Positions 21,645 through 30,781 of a stretch of DNA of 64,000 bases are shown one piece after another. Under the pieces are notes generated by a model that did not search any database, had not been told where the DNA came from, and was given only the letters and a program-made list of their open reading frames with translations. The DNA comes from an uncultured delta proteobacterium (GTDB lineage: Bacteria > Desulfobacterota > Binatia > UBA9968): positions 64,001-128,000 of the forward strand of contig CAWDPO010000009.1 of the NCBI GenBank assembly GCA_963804165.1, read 5' to 3'. Positions within the stretch are counted from its first letter, which is position 1; every line of letters starts with the position of its first letter. The translations under genes were made by a program, and so were the position numbers.

Positions 21645-23490
21645 GTGCGCCCGTGAGGGCGCCACATCAGCACGGTGAAAGTCCGTGTCGGAGAAAGCCA
21701 CAACTCCGAAGCCGAAGGTAACTGCGTCGCCGCGAGGCGGGGTGGGGAGCAACCGGAGGCGAAGTGTCGGTCCGTAGGATAACGAACTCGATTCGGCGGA
21801 GAGCTGCGACGAGCCTGCGATGCCAAGGTGAAGTCCGAAAATCGCTGGTCACGCTGGCGTGGTGGAAAGCGATGACCAGGCAGTTCACGTGGTTGGAGAT
21901 GGAACGACAAGAAGGTGTGGCGAAGTAAGCGGGGAGACCTGCGCCGTAGGTGAGCGGCGCAGGAGTCAGAGCCTTCATGGTACCGCAGCGGCGAGGAGCC
22001 GCGAAAAGCGCTGAAAGTAAAGCAGCGCCGAGGGACGGGAGGCAGGAAGGTAGAAGCGTGAGCGATACGGAGTGGCAAAGCGAAAGCCAAGCGTCGGTAG
22101 TGCCTGAGAGGGCTACACAAGGCGCAGAGACCCAGGGACGAGACTGGACATGGGTAGAAGCCACAGTGTGGAGTGAGCGCATGTTGGCGGCGCTGGGAAA
22201 CGGCGTCAGAGGAGGCAAATGGTTTAGCCTGATCGATAAAGTGTACCGACCACAGACGCTCAAGGCGGCGTGGCAAAAAGTAAAGAGCAACGCCGGAGCA
22301 GCAGGAGTGGATGGACAGAGCGTGGAGCGGTTTGAGTCGCGGGCAGAACAGTATCTGGAAGAACTTGGGCAAACGCTTAAGGCGGGACAATACCGGCCAC
22401 AGCCGATCCGGCGTGTGGAGATTCCCAAAGGGGGCGGCAAGCTGCGCCCGCTGGGAATTCCTGTGGTCAAAGACCGCATCGTGCAAACGGCACTGAAGCT
22501 GGTGATCGAACCGATCTTTGAGCGCGAGTTTGAGGACTCCAGTCACGGTTTTCGCCCGGGTCGCGGCTGCAAAGAGGCGCTGAGCGAAGTGGATGAACTG
22601 ATCAAGGAAGGCTACGCCCATGTGGTGGATGCCGACTTGGACAGCTACTTTGACAGTATCCCAAATGAGCCGTTGATGGGTGAGGTCTCGGAGCGGATTA
22701 GCGACGGCAAAGTGTTGGATCTGATTCGTGCATTTCTGAATCAGGACATCATCGAAGGGATGAAACGATGGACACCGGTGGGAGGGACGCCGCAAGGAGC
22801 GGTGATCAGCCCGCTTCTGGCCAATATCTATCTTCATCCCTTGGACCGGCAGATGAGAGAGAAGGGCTACCGCATGGTGCGCTACGCCGATGACTTCGTA
22901 GTGCTTTGCCGCACGGCGCAACAAGCTCAAGGTGCGCTGGGCGAAGTGAGAGCCTGGGTCGAGCAAAAAGGGCTCAGGCTTAATGCAGACAAGACCCATG
23001 TAGGAGATTGTCGGCAAGCCGGGCAAGGTTTTGAGTTTCTCGGCTATCGCTTCGAGGCGGGGCAGCGCTGGGTAAGACCCAAGAGCTTCAAAGCGCTGCG
23101 CGAGCGCATCCGGCAGAAGACCCAACGCACGCGTGGGGACAGCTTGGCAAAGATCATCGAGGATCTTAACCCGATGCTGCGCGGTTGGTTTAACTACTTC
23201 AAGCATGCTCATTCGGTGGCACAGCTAGGAATCGACGGGTTTGTCCGTCGCAGGCTCCGCGCGATTCTGCGCAAGCAGGAGAAGCGACCGGGGATAGGAA
23301 AATGTTTCCATGACCATCTTCGGTGGCCCAATACTTTCTTCGCGGCACAAGGGTTGTTCACCATAACTGCGGCCCGTGTGTTAGCGAGCCAATCCCGATG
23401 AGGAAACTACCGACTGGAGAGCCGTGTGCGGGAGAACCGCACGCACGGTTCGGAGGGCGGGGACGGCGAAAGCCGTTCTCGACCCCCTAT
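21645..23490 (+). mobile_element. Group II intron (complete, about 1.85 kb, RT/maturase lacking endonuclease domain)
   Basis: 5' GTGCG; domain V GAGCCGTGTGCGGGAGAACCGCACGCACGGTTC at about 23418-23451; domain VI ending CCCTAT; EBS1 GATGCC (21819-21824) complementary to IBS1 GGCATC. Confidence 0.93.
22058..23401 (+). CDS. ltrA: Group II intron reverse transcriptase/maturase
   Basis: GAAGVDG, RPLGIP..DRIVQ, SHGFRPGR, GTPQGAVISPLLANIYL, RYADDF, thumb LRGWFNYF; likely GTG start 22058 (ORF open from 21950). Confidence 0.95.
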   Translation: MSDTEWQSESQASVVPERATQGAETQGRDWTWVEATVWSERMLAALGNGVRGGKWFSLIDKVYRPQTLKAAWQKVKSNAGAAGVDGQSVERFESRAEQYLEELGQTLKAGQYRPQPIRRVEIPKGGGKLRPLGIPVVKDRIVQTALKLVIEPIFEREFEDSSHGFRPGRGCKEALSEVDELIKEGYAHVVDADLDSYFDSIPNEPLMGEVSERISDGKVLDLIRAFLNQDIIEGMKRWTPVGGTPQGAVISPLLANIYLHPLDRQMREKGYRMVRYADDFVVLCRTAQQAQGALGEVRAWVEQKGLRLNADKTHVGDCRQAGQGFEFLGYRFEAGQRWVRPKSFKALRERIRQKTQRTRGDSLAKIIEDLNPMLRGWFNYFKHAHSVAQLGIDGFVRRRLRAILRKQEKRPGIGKCFHDHLRWPNTFFAAQGLFTITAARVLASQSR

Positions 23491-23547
23491 CAGGTGACGG
23501 ACGGTCAAAGAGGATGGGGATGGACCTCGGTTTTCACCGGGGTGACG
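23491..23547 (+). repeat. Right part of the REP doublet (3' exon)
   Basis: CAG...TGGACCTCGGTTTTCACCGGGGTGACG ends with GACG, the inverse of CGTC. Confidence 0.65.
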
Positions 23548-23645
23548 ATAACGCCGAAAAGACGGGCACAAGAGTCGACTTCCAGTCGACAAATTTAGAA
23601 CCCTCGGCCTGGAACCGAGCGTTCGTTCAGTTACCCCCCTGGTGA

Positions 23646-23769
23646 CAGGTTGCTGTAAAAAGTCCGCAATGCTTCGAAACTCTCCCATGAACGGAAAATC
23701 ATCAACGATTTGAAATCCTCTCCGTTTGTCCCCAGCCAGGAAAGACTGGATCTTTTAGCAGCGTGTTAG
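23646..23769. repeat. Degenerate MITE-like element with imperfect terminal inverted repeats
   Basis: CAGGTTGCTGTAAAAAGTCC ... GGATCTTTTAGCAGCGTG; internal AACGGA/TCCGTT stem. Confidence 0.45.
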
Positions 23770-23894
23770 CTCGAATCGCCTATGGCGAGCTCCCAGTCGA
23801 ATGACCGATAGAACCGTTCGGGAATGATGTACTCAAAGAGAGCTGGATAGCTTTTGCGCCAGGTTGCGGCGAAATACCCCGGAGTGATTAGGGA

Positions 23895-24359
23895 TCAAAG
23901 ACTTTTCAGAAATGCCAAAACCTCTTCAGGATGAGCTTCGGCCTTCTTGACAGTAGGCCAGTGTTTGATGACATCGCCTTTGGGACCGATCACTACCGTC
24001 GAGCGAATCGTTCCTTGTACTTCCTTGCCGTACATCATCTTCTTGCCGAAGGCGCCATACTTTTTCATCACTTCAGCCTTTGGATCCGACAGCAGGGTAA
24101 ACGGCAACTTGTAGTTGCCGGCGAATTTATTGTGCGATTCGATGCTGTCCTTGCTCACACCGAGCACAATCGCTCCGGATTTCTTCAATGGCGCATTCAA
24201 GTCGCGAAAGCCACAGGCCTCCTTGGTACAACCCGGCGTGTTGTCTTTCGGATAAAAGTAAAGCACGACGGTTTTGCCCTTGAAATCCTTCAGCGAGTGC
24301 TTCTTGCCATCGTTGCCGTCCAGGTTGAAAGATGGCGCCTTTTTTCCTTCAAGATTCAT
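23895..24359 (-). CDS. bcp: Peroxiredoxin Bcp/PrxQ (Cys form)
   Basis: [20 protein letters not shown]. Confidence 0.93.
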   Translation of the reverse strand: MNLEGKKAPSFNLDGNDGKKHSLKDFKGKTVVLYFYPKDNTPGCTKEACGFRDLNAPLKKSGAIVLGVSKDSIESHNKFAGNYKLPFTLLSDPKAEVMKKYGAFGKKMMYGKEVQGTIRSTVVIGPKGDVIKHWPTVKKAEAHPEEVLAFLKSL

Positions 24360-24433
24360 GCTCTAGTTTCTCCCCTTGCCAAGAACAGTTTCTGTTTTTC
24401 TGTCATTGTCGAAGTTCGATCACAAACCATGAT

Positions 24434-25231
24434 TCACAACGCCACGCGGTCGGCAGCGCGTGCCATGCGTCGAATCGGGTCGTAGTCACTGTCCAGCGCT
24501 TCGGCGAATCGCTCGAGACGTGCGCTCGCGAGCACATCACGACCTACTGAATCTTGGTGCATAGCGAGCAGCAAGGAGCGCACGTCGATTCGTAATGTCT
24601 CAGGCACGCGCGTGGAAATGACCCACGGAGGAATCGGGCTTGGCCCGATAGTCTCGATCACGCGAATCCGCCCGGCGATGTGATGGCGCTCGGCGAGAAT
24701 CCATTCCAATACCGTGCTATCGATAGCTGCGCCATCCACCGTACCGCGCAAAACCATTTCGAGCGACGTGGTATGCGCTCCGCTCTCGAGGGCTTCGCCA
24801 AAAAAAGCTTCGTTTTGTCCAAACTCGGATAGGTAAGCACGCACGACGTTATAGCCTGAATGTGATCGAGGCTCGTTGTAAGCCCACGCGGCGCCGCGGA
24901 GATCTAGAAGGGTTTGATAAGGACTGTGGCGTCGGACGATTATATCGGAGAAATAGACCGGCTTCCCAAGATAGCGATCACCGCCGGGAATCGGCACGGT
25001 AAGCAGCTCGATGTCCTTCGCCGATGTCTTGGCTTTTTGGACGTAGGGCAAACCGCAAAGCCACAAAATATCAATGTCACCGTCGTCAAATAGCCTTTCC
25101 CTTTCTTGCCACGGAATCCCCGTGACATATTCCGTCGACACGTCGAGGTGCTCGTTGATGTGGCCAGCGACGGCATGGCAAAAGCCTTCGCTATTCTCAG
25201 CCATACAGGAAGCGAGTTTCAGACGAAACAT
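24434..25231 (-). CDS. PhnD/SsuA-family substrate-binding-like protein, no signal peptide
   Basis: LCGLPY, YFSDIIV, SHSGY, GAHTTSL, GTVDGAAIDS. Confidence 0.8.
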   Translation of the reverse strand: MFRLKLASCMAENSEGFCHAVAGHINEHLDVSTEYVTGIPWQERERLFDDGDIDILWLCGLPYVQKAKTSAKDIELLTVPIPGGDRYLGKPVYFSDIIVRRHSPYQTLLDLRGAAWAYNEPRSHSGYNVVRAYLSEFGQNEAFFGEALESGAHTTSLEMVLRGTVDGAAIDSTVLEWILAERHHIAGRIRVIETIGPSPIPPWVISTRVPETLRIDVRSLLLAMHQDSVGRDVLASARLERFAEALDSDYDPIRRMARAADRVAL

Positions 25232-25249
25232 GAGCAAGAGAATTCCGCG

Positions 25250-25531
25250 CTACTCACTCACCTCAACGCCGCGCCAAAAAGCGATGTGATCCTTGATCGA
25301 CTTGGCGGCTTCTTTCGGTTCCGGATAGAACCAGGCGGCGTCTTGATTCACCTTATCGCCGACCTGCACGTGATAATAGCTGGCGAGCCCCTTCCACGGA
25401 CAAGTGCTGTGGGTATCGCTCGCCTTGAAAAATTCCGCCTTGATAGCATCGGATGGAAAATAATGGTTGCCCTCGACGACAATGGTCTTATCGGATTCTG
25501 CGAGCAAGGTATTCTCCCAGGTAGCTTTCAT
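25250..25531 (-). CDS. DUF427 domain-containing protein
   Basis: VEGNHYFP, TCPWKGLASYY, DAAWFYPEP, IKDHIAFW. Confidence 0.9.
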   Translation of the reverse strand: MKATWENTLLAESDKTIVVEGNHYFPSDAIKAEFFKASDTHSTCPWKGLASYYHVQVGDKVNQDAAWFYPEPKEAAKSIKDHIAFWRGVEVSE

Positions 25532-25555
25532 GTATTGCCTCCTTTAAGCCCAGAC

Positions 25556-26918
25556 TTACGAATCGGATACACAGCGAAACTTGGCAAACACATAGGGATA
25601 ATGCGCTTGATACCAATTGCGAAGGCTCGGCCGCACGAGATCCGCGTCCGTCGCCCAGGAAGCGCCTTTGACGACGAAATGCTTACCGTCAAAAAAATCC
25701 GCCGAGTACTCCGGATAGCTCTGGATGTAGGGCGTAAATCCCGGCAAAGGAGCGAATGGCGTGTCGGTCAATTCCCAACCGTTGCCGACCAGCTCGGAAA
25801 CTCCCCAGCGGCTGGTACCAGCGGGACTGGCGCCAACCGGCGCCGGTGACCAAAGGCTAAAATTAAAGTTGCCGTGCGACTTGTCGGGGTTGCCGTTGCC
25901 CCACGGATACTGAGACTCGTGTTCGTCCGGACCGTAATAGGCTGCCCGGTGAAACTCGGCTTCGGTCGGCAGTCGCTTGCCGCACCAGCGCGCATACGCG
26001 CGCGCTTCCGCGAGACTAGCATACACGGGCCAGTTGGCGACCTTCTCGAGTGCAAATTCGTCGAATATCGCACGATAAGTCCATTGACCATTTAGCCAGC
26101 ACCAGCACGATGGATGTCGCTTATTCTCGAGATTCTTCCAGCGCCAATCTTCCGGCCGCCAATAACTTTCTTCTTCATATCCGCCCGAGTCCATGAACTC
26201 GAAAAATTGACCGTTGGTCACCGGCAGCGAATCGATCGCGAACGCCGGCACATCGACAATCGTCTGCGCAAACTCATTGTCCCAGCCGAAATCCAGCTCG
26301 TCGAAATTCGCGCCCAGGCGCGCTTTCCCCGCCGGTATTTTGAATGGTGCGGCGCTGTGGCGCCGGCTGATAGGAATAGCGGAGCGGCTGCTGCGGCCTG
26401 GTCATTTTGTCGATGGGTAATTGTTGCAACATGTACAACAACGTTTCCTGGTGCATGTATTCATGCTCGAGCACCAGCTGAAAAACTCGACCCCGCTGTA
26501 ACATGGGATCGCTTGATTCCGACAGGGAAAGCATATCGAGCGATTCCAAGACCGCGTCACGCACGTTATCGCGGTATTCGACCGTGTCGCTCAAGCTCGG
26601 CCAGGCGTCGGGAACCTCCGGGTGCCAGTGGCACTCTCCGGTATCGACGTCGGGATCGACGCCACGGCAAAACAGATCGTCGAAATAAGCATTGAAAGAT
26701 TCCCACTTCAGAATGGCGCTGCAGACTTGATTCCAGTAAAAGGCTGGCAGATGACCTACATAAAAAATAAACGGATGACGCCACACGATCGGTTTGTCCA
26801 GCAAATCTTGCCCGCGAACCAGCGCAAAAATTTGATCTGTGCGCGCCCATGCCGAAACAAAATTGTCGCGGAGAAACTCTGCCTTGTCGTGTTCGCTGCG
26901 TCGTAACGGTCTTGCCAT
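25556..26918 (-). CDS. EgtB/Egt1-like non-heme iron sulfoxide synthase (DinB_2 + FGE-sulfatase fold), one frameshift near 26340
   Basis: RHPFIFYVGH, RGVDPDVD..CHWH, HEYMHQETL (His triad), FGWDNE, RLPTEAE, GNGWE, YSADFFDGKH. Confidence 0.85.
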
Positions 26919-26957
26919 AAGCGTCTCCTGCCGTGATTCGTTTTGGCTATATACTTA

Positions 26958-26972
26958 ATAGGATTTGCCTAT
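26958..26972. promoter_or_regulatory. Putative LysR operator ATAGG-N5-CCTAT (T-N11-A)
   Basis: Perfect 5-bp-arm palindrome 40 nt upstream of the EgtB-like start, next to the LysR gene. Confidence 0.55.
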
Positions 26973-27015
26973 GGAAGAGGCCAAGTCAAGACCCCGCGCG
27001 AAAAATATGCCGCGC

Positions 27016-27927
27016 TTAGCTCAGCTTGAGGAATTCACGGAAAGCTTTTGCGATCGGGTGCAGGGGGCGGCGCCGGTGGAAGACTTGGTAGAAGTCGCGG
27101 GCCATGCTCAGCCCGCGAACCGGCACTTCGACGATACTCCCCTCCGCCAGTTCGTGGCGAATGGAAATGCGCGACAAAATAGATATTCCGAACCCCGCCA
27201 TCAACGCCTCTTTGACCGCTTCCGTGCTGCCAAGCTCCATCGAGACATTCAACTGATCGTCGGGGACTCGGCGACCTTTGGCGAGCAGTTGGCGGAAAGA
27301 ATCGAGCGTGCCGGAGCCGTGCTCTCGCGAGATGAACTTTTCGTTTCGTAGGTCGGCGACTTCGACAAACTGGCGCCGGCACCACGGATGCCCTTTGGGA
27401 ACCGCGAGAACCATTTCGTCGTCCCAAATCTTTTCGAAGCAGAGCCTCACGTCGTGTCCCTTGAATCCGACGATTCCGAGCTCCACCTTGCCGTCTAGAA
27501 CATCTTCGACGATCCCCGCCGAGTCGCTAATGCGCAGGACGGGTTTCACCGCCGGATATTTTTTTGTGAACGCGCCGAGTTTCAGCGGCAACAGGTATTC
27601 GCCCGGGATGTTGCTCCCGCCGACCCAAAGTTCCCCGCTCAGGGTGCCGTGGAACTGTTCCACCGCCGCCACGGTTTCCCGCTTGAATACGATAAGATCT
27701 TTCGCCCTTGCGGCAACCATGAGTCCCAGGGGAGTGAGACTCACCTTGCCCGGAATGCGATAGAGCAGTTTACCGTCGACCGCCTTCTCCAATTCCTGAA
27801 CGTGTGCGCTGACCGTCGGTTGGCGCAGCGACAAAAGCTCCGCCGCCTGGGAAAAACTTTTTAGCTCTGCGACCCAGTAGAAAATTTCCAGTTTGTGAAG
27901 ATCTAAGTCTGCTTTGAGCTTGGGCAT
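27016..27927 (-). CDS. LysR family transcriptional regulator (CysL / selenium-metabolism-associated type)
   Basis: HTH SFSQAAELLSLRQPTVSAHVQELE, GSNIPGEYLLP, REHGSGT, GSTEAVK. Confidence 0.9.
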   Translation of the reverse strand: MPKLKADLDLHKLEIFYWVAELKSFSQAAELLSLRQPTVSAHVQELEKAVDGKLLYRIPGKVSLTPLGLMVAARAKDLIVFKRETVAAVEQFHGTLSGELWVGGSNIPGEYLLPLKLGAFTKKYPAVKPVLRISDSAGIVEDVLDGKVELGIVGFKGHDVRLCFEKIWDDEMVLAVPKGHPWCRRQFVEVADLRNEKFISREHGSGTLDSFRQLLAKGRRVPDDQLNVSMELGSTEAVKEALMAGFGISILSRISIRHELAEGSIVEVPVRGLSMARDFYQVFHRRRPLHPIAKAFREFLKLS

Positions 27928-28041
27928 CGAGATTGGCAAGAGGCACAATCGTGATCGAAGGATGCGAGTATGAGAACCCTGTCCGGGGGGAGCATGGTGA
28001 GCGCGAAACCCGCCATGCTCCCTTTGGAAACTGATGGAAAA

Positions 28042-28509
28042 TTACTTCTGCAAAAATTCCAGAACTTCCGCCGGATGCGCTTCCGCATTGGCAACCGGAA
28101 TCCAGTGCTTCTTTACTGTGCCGTCAGGTCCGATCAATGCAGTCGAGCGAATCGGCCCCTCGACGGTCTCACCCTGGGCATTTTGCCGGGGACCCCACGC
28201 GCCATAGACTTTCATGACCTCCACTTGGGGGTCGGACAATAGGGCGAACGGCAAGTTGAATTTAGCGATGAACTGATTATGTGACTCGATACTGTCTCTG
28301 CTGACTCCCAAGACCACGGTATTGGCCTGTGTTACCGTTTGAATAGCGTCGCGGAACCCGCACGCTTCTTTGGTTCAACCGGGTGTATCGTCCTTGGGAT
28401 AAAACCAAAGAATGACGTTTTTCCCGGCGTAGTCAGAAAGCGAATGCTTTTTGCCGTCGCTCCCCGGCAGCGTAAACGCCGGCGCTTTTTGCCCCTCTAA
28501 ATTTGCCAT
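28042..28509 (-). CDS. bcp: Selenocysteine-containing peroxiredoxin (Bcp/PrxQ family), TGA at codon 45
   Basis: ATG 28509 after AGGAGG reads [10 protein letters not shown]...[11 protein letters not shown](TGA 28375-28377)-TKEACGFRD in frame into ORF 28042..28317; aligns with the Cys paralogue. Confidence 0.85.
28345..28377 (-). promoter_or_regulatory. Putative bacterial SECIS element
   Basis: UGA-ACCAAAGA-AGCGU-GCGG-GUU-CCGC-G-ACGCU hairpin; absent from the synonymous region of the Cys paralogue. Confidence 0.7.
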
Positions 28510-28639
28510 GCACACCTCCTGTAGAGTTTGGATTATAGCTATTGCTTTATCACACCGACAAACCGTTGATCAAACTTCCACGCCGCTTTCTTCGCTCTGC
28601 ATTGTCAACATCTGATCCAGGCGGTATATATTCAAGATC

Positions 28640-29728
28640 ATGGCAAAACAGCCATCATTGATCGACTTCCACCGCGCCAACGGCGCCATTTTCGTCGAGC
28701 GCGATGGATGGCTATTGCCCGATCACTTCGGCAACTCCGCGGCTGAATATGCCGCTGCGCGCTTCGCCGTCGGCTTGATCGATCTCTCACACCGCGGCTT
28801 ACTGCAATTCACCGGTCCCGACCGTCTCTCCTTCCTCCAAGGAATGTTGTCCAATGATCTGCGCGTCCTGAATCCCTTTGACGGCCAGTATGCGACGATC
28901 CTAACACAGCAGGGAAAAGTCGTCGCCGACGTGCGCGTGCTTTGCTCGCTGAACTCTTTCTACCTCGATTTCTGGGAAAATCTGAAAGAAACAATTATCG
29001 AGCATCTAAACCGCTACCTGGTCGCCGATGAGGTCGAGATGGCCGACCGCTCTAAGGAATATACGCTCATTTCGCTTCAGGGTCCGAATTCCGAGATGCT
29101 CTTGAGGACCCTGGCTGCAAACGCGGAATTGCCTGCCCAATCGAAGCAGCATGTCATGATCGAGGTCGACGGCGCGGCGATCTGCGTGGTCCGGGAAGAT
29201 CGCTATCGCCTGCCGGGATTTGACTTAATTGTGCCACTCACCAAGATCTCCCACATCGCGGAACAATTGACCGCGACGGGCAAACAAAATGCCGCCGTAT
29301 GGATCGGCGAGCAAGCGCAAAACATTCTCCGGATCGAAGCGGGCATCCCTCGCTATGGCGTCGATTTTAACGACGATAACTTGCTGTTGGAGGTTGGGAT
29401 CGATGACGCCGTAAGCTTCACCAAGGGTTGTTATTTGGGTCAGGAAGTGGTCGAGCGCATTCGCTCGCGCGGCCACGTCAACAAAAAGCTCTGCGGCGTG
29501 GTGCTCGACGGTAAATCGCCCGCTGCAGCCGGTGACCTGATCCAAGCGGGCGAGAAAGAAGTTGGCAAGATCACCAGCTCCGTTGTTTCGCCGTCGTTAG
29601 GCCGTCCGATCGCCCTGGGGTACGTGATGAAAGAGTATTGGGAACCGGGGACCAAACTCACACTTCAGCGCGACGGCACTGAGATGTACGCCACCGTCAC
29701 GCAGCTGCCCTTCATCGCCTCCCCTTGA
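28640..29728 (+). CDS. ygfZ: Folate-binding GcvT/YgfZ family aminomethyltransferase-like protein
   Basis: KGCYLGQE motif, LRIEAGIP, GPDRLSFLQG. Confidence 0.75.
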   Translation: MAKQPSLIDFHRANGAIFVERDGWLLPDHFGNSAAEYAAARFAVGLIDLSHRGLLQFTGPDRLSFLQGMLSNDLRVLNPFDGQYATILTQQGKVVADVRVLCSLNSFYLDFWENLKETIIEHLNRYLVADEVEMADRSKEYTLISLQGPNSEMLLRTLAANAELPAQSKQHVMIEVDGAAICVVREDRYRLPGFDLIVPLTKISHIAEQLTATGKQNAAVWIGEQAQNILRIEAGIPRYGVDFNDDNLLLEVGIDDAVSFTKGCYLGQEVVERIRSRGHVNKKLCGVVLDGKSPAAAGDLIQAGEKEVGKITSSVVSPSLGRPIALGYVMKEYWEPGTKLTLQRDGTEMYATVTQLPFIASP

Positions 29729-29790
29729 ATACGACAATCAAGTTCGTATAGTTATCGGAACTTTTGCGCGGATAAGAAAGGGACGTGAGA

Positions 29791-30099
29791 ATGGCTAATT
29801 TCGTTAAGGTTTGTAAAGCCGGCGATGTCAAAGCCGGCTGCGGCAAGAGTATCGACATCAACGGTAAGGCCATCGGAGTATTCAACGTCGATGGGAAATT
29901 CTACGCCATCAACGACGTATGCGGTCATCGCGGCGGTCCGTTGGGCGAAGGCGAGCTGGACGGCACCACGGTGATCTGCCCCTGGCATGGCTGGCGCTAC
30001 AACGTCGCCACCGGCGAGAACGAGCTGCTGCCGAATTTGCCCACCGAAAAGTTCGAAGTGAAAGTCGAAGAAGACGACGTGCTCGTAGACCTCGCTTGA
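29791..30099 (+). CDS. Rieske (2Fe-2S) ferredoxin
   Basis: CGHRGGPL...CPWHGW. Confidence 0.92.
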   Translation: MANFVKVCKAGDVKAGCGKSIDINGKAIGVFNVDGKFYAINDVCGHRGGPLGEGELDGTTVICPWHGWRYNVATGENELLPNLPTEKFEVKVEEDDVLVDLA

Positions 30100-30120
30100 T
30101 ACAGCGCGAAATCAACGCAT

Positions 30121-30159
30121 AAAAGGCTCGCCGTCACCAACATGATCGCGGGCCTTTTT
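30121..30159. terminator. Bidirectional intrinsic terminator between convergent genes
   Basis: AAAAGGCTCGC...GCGGGCCTTTTT. Confidence 0.6.
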
Positions 30160-30163
30160 CTTA

Positions 30164-30721
30164 TTACGCTTGGGGTTTCAGATAAAGACTAATGTAATCG
30201 TTGAGAGCATCCTTGGTGCTGTCGAAAGCGAGATCGTGCCAAGGTATTTCCTTCGGTGCGAAGATTCGCGCTTCTAACGACTCATCCGCCGCCGCCAGCT
30301 CGCCGCTGATCACTTCGGCCGTATAAACCACAATCACATTCGGCGACCGTGGGTAGGAATAGACATTGAGAAGCGGCCCCAGCTTTACTTCAAGCTGTGA
30401 CTCCTCTTTCGTTTCACGCACCGCCGCGTCGCGCACGCTCTCGCCGCGGTCGACATAGCCGCCGGGAAAGACCCATTTGCCGAGAGCCGGTTCGACGGCG
30501 CGTTTCAGCAGCACGATGCCGCCGTCAAGCATAAATAACGTTCCGGCGACGACCTTGGGGTCCTGATAAAAAATAAACGAGCAAGTCTGGCAAACCAGGC
30601 GTTTGGGTTCGTTCGACTTTACCATGCGATGCGCCAGTTCGCCGCCGCAACGCGGGCAAAAGCGAAACTCTATATGACCGTGGCCATGCTCGTGGTGATG
30701 TTGATCGTGGTCTGATGCCAT
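30164..30721 (-). CDS. NUDIX hydrolase with N-terminal zinc ribbon
   Basis: FCPRCG..CQTC; GGYVDRGESVRDAAVRETKEES Nudix box. Confidence 0.9.
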   Translation of the reverse strand: MASDHDQHHHEHGHGHIEFRFCPRCGGELAHRMVKSNEPKRLVCQTCSFIFYQDPKVVAGTLFMLDGGIVLLKRAVEPALGKWVFPGGYVDRGESVRDAAVRETKEESQLEVKLGPLLNVYSYPRSPNVIVVYTAEVISGELAAADESLEARIFAPKEIPWHDLAFDSTKDALNDYISLYLKPQA

Positions 30722-30781
30722 ACTTTTCTTATTAGCCTACATTCAGTTGAAGTAAAAGAAGATTTCTGTAATCGTGTGGTA

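Noticed and set aside
21602-23212. 536-aa antisense ORF over the intron RT
   Set aside because: Shadow ORF opposite a well-supported RT, with no recognisable motifs
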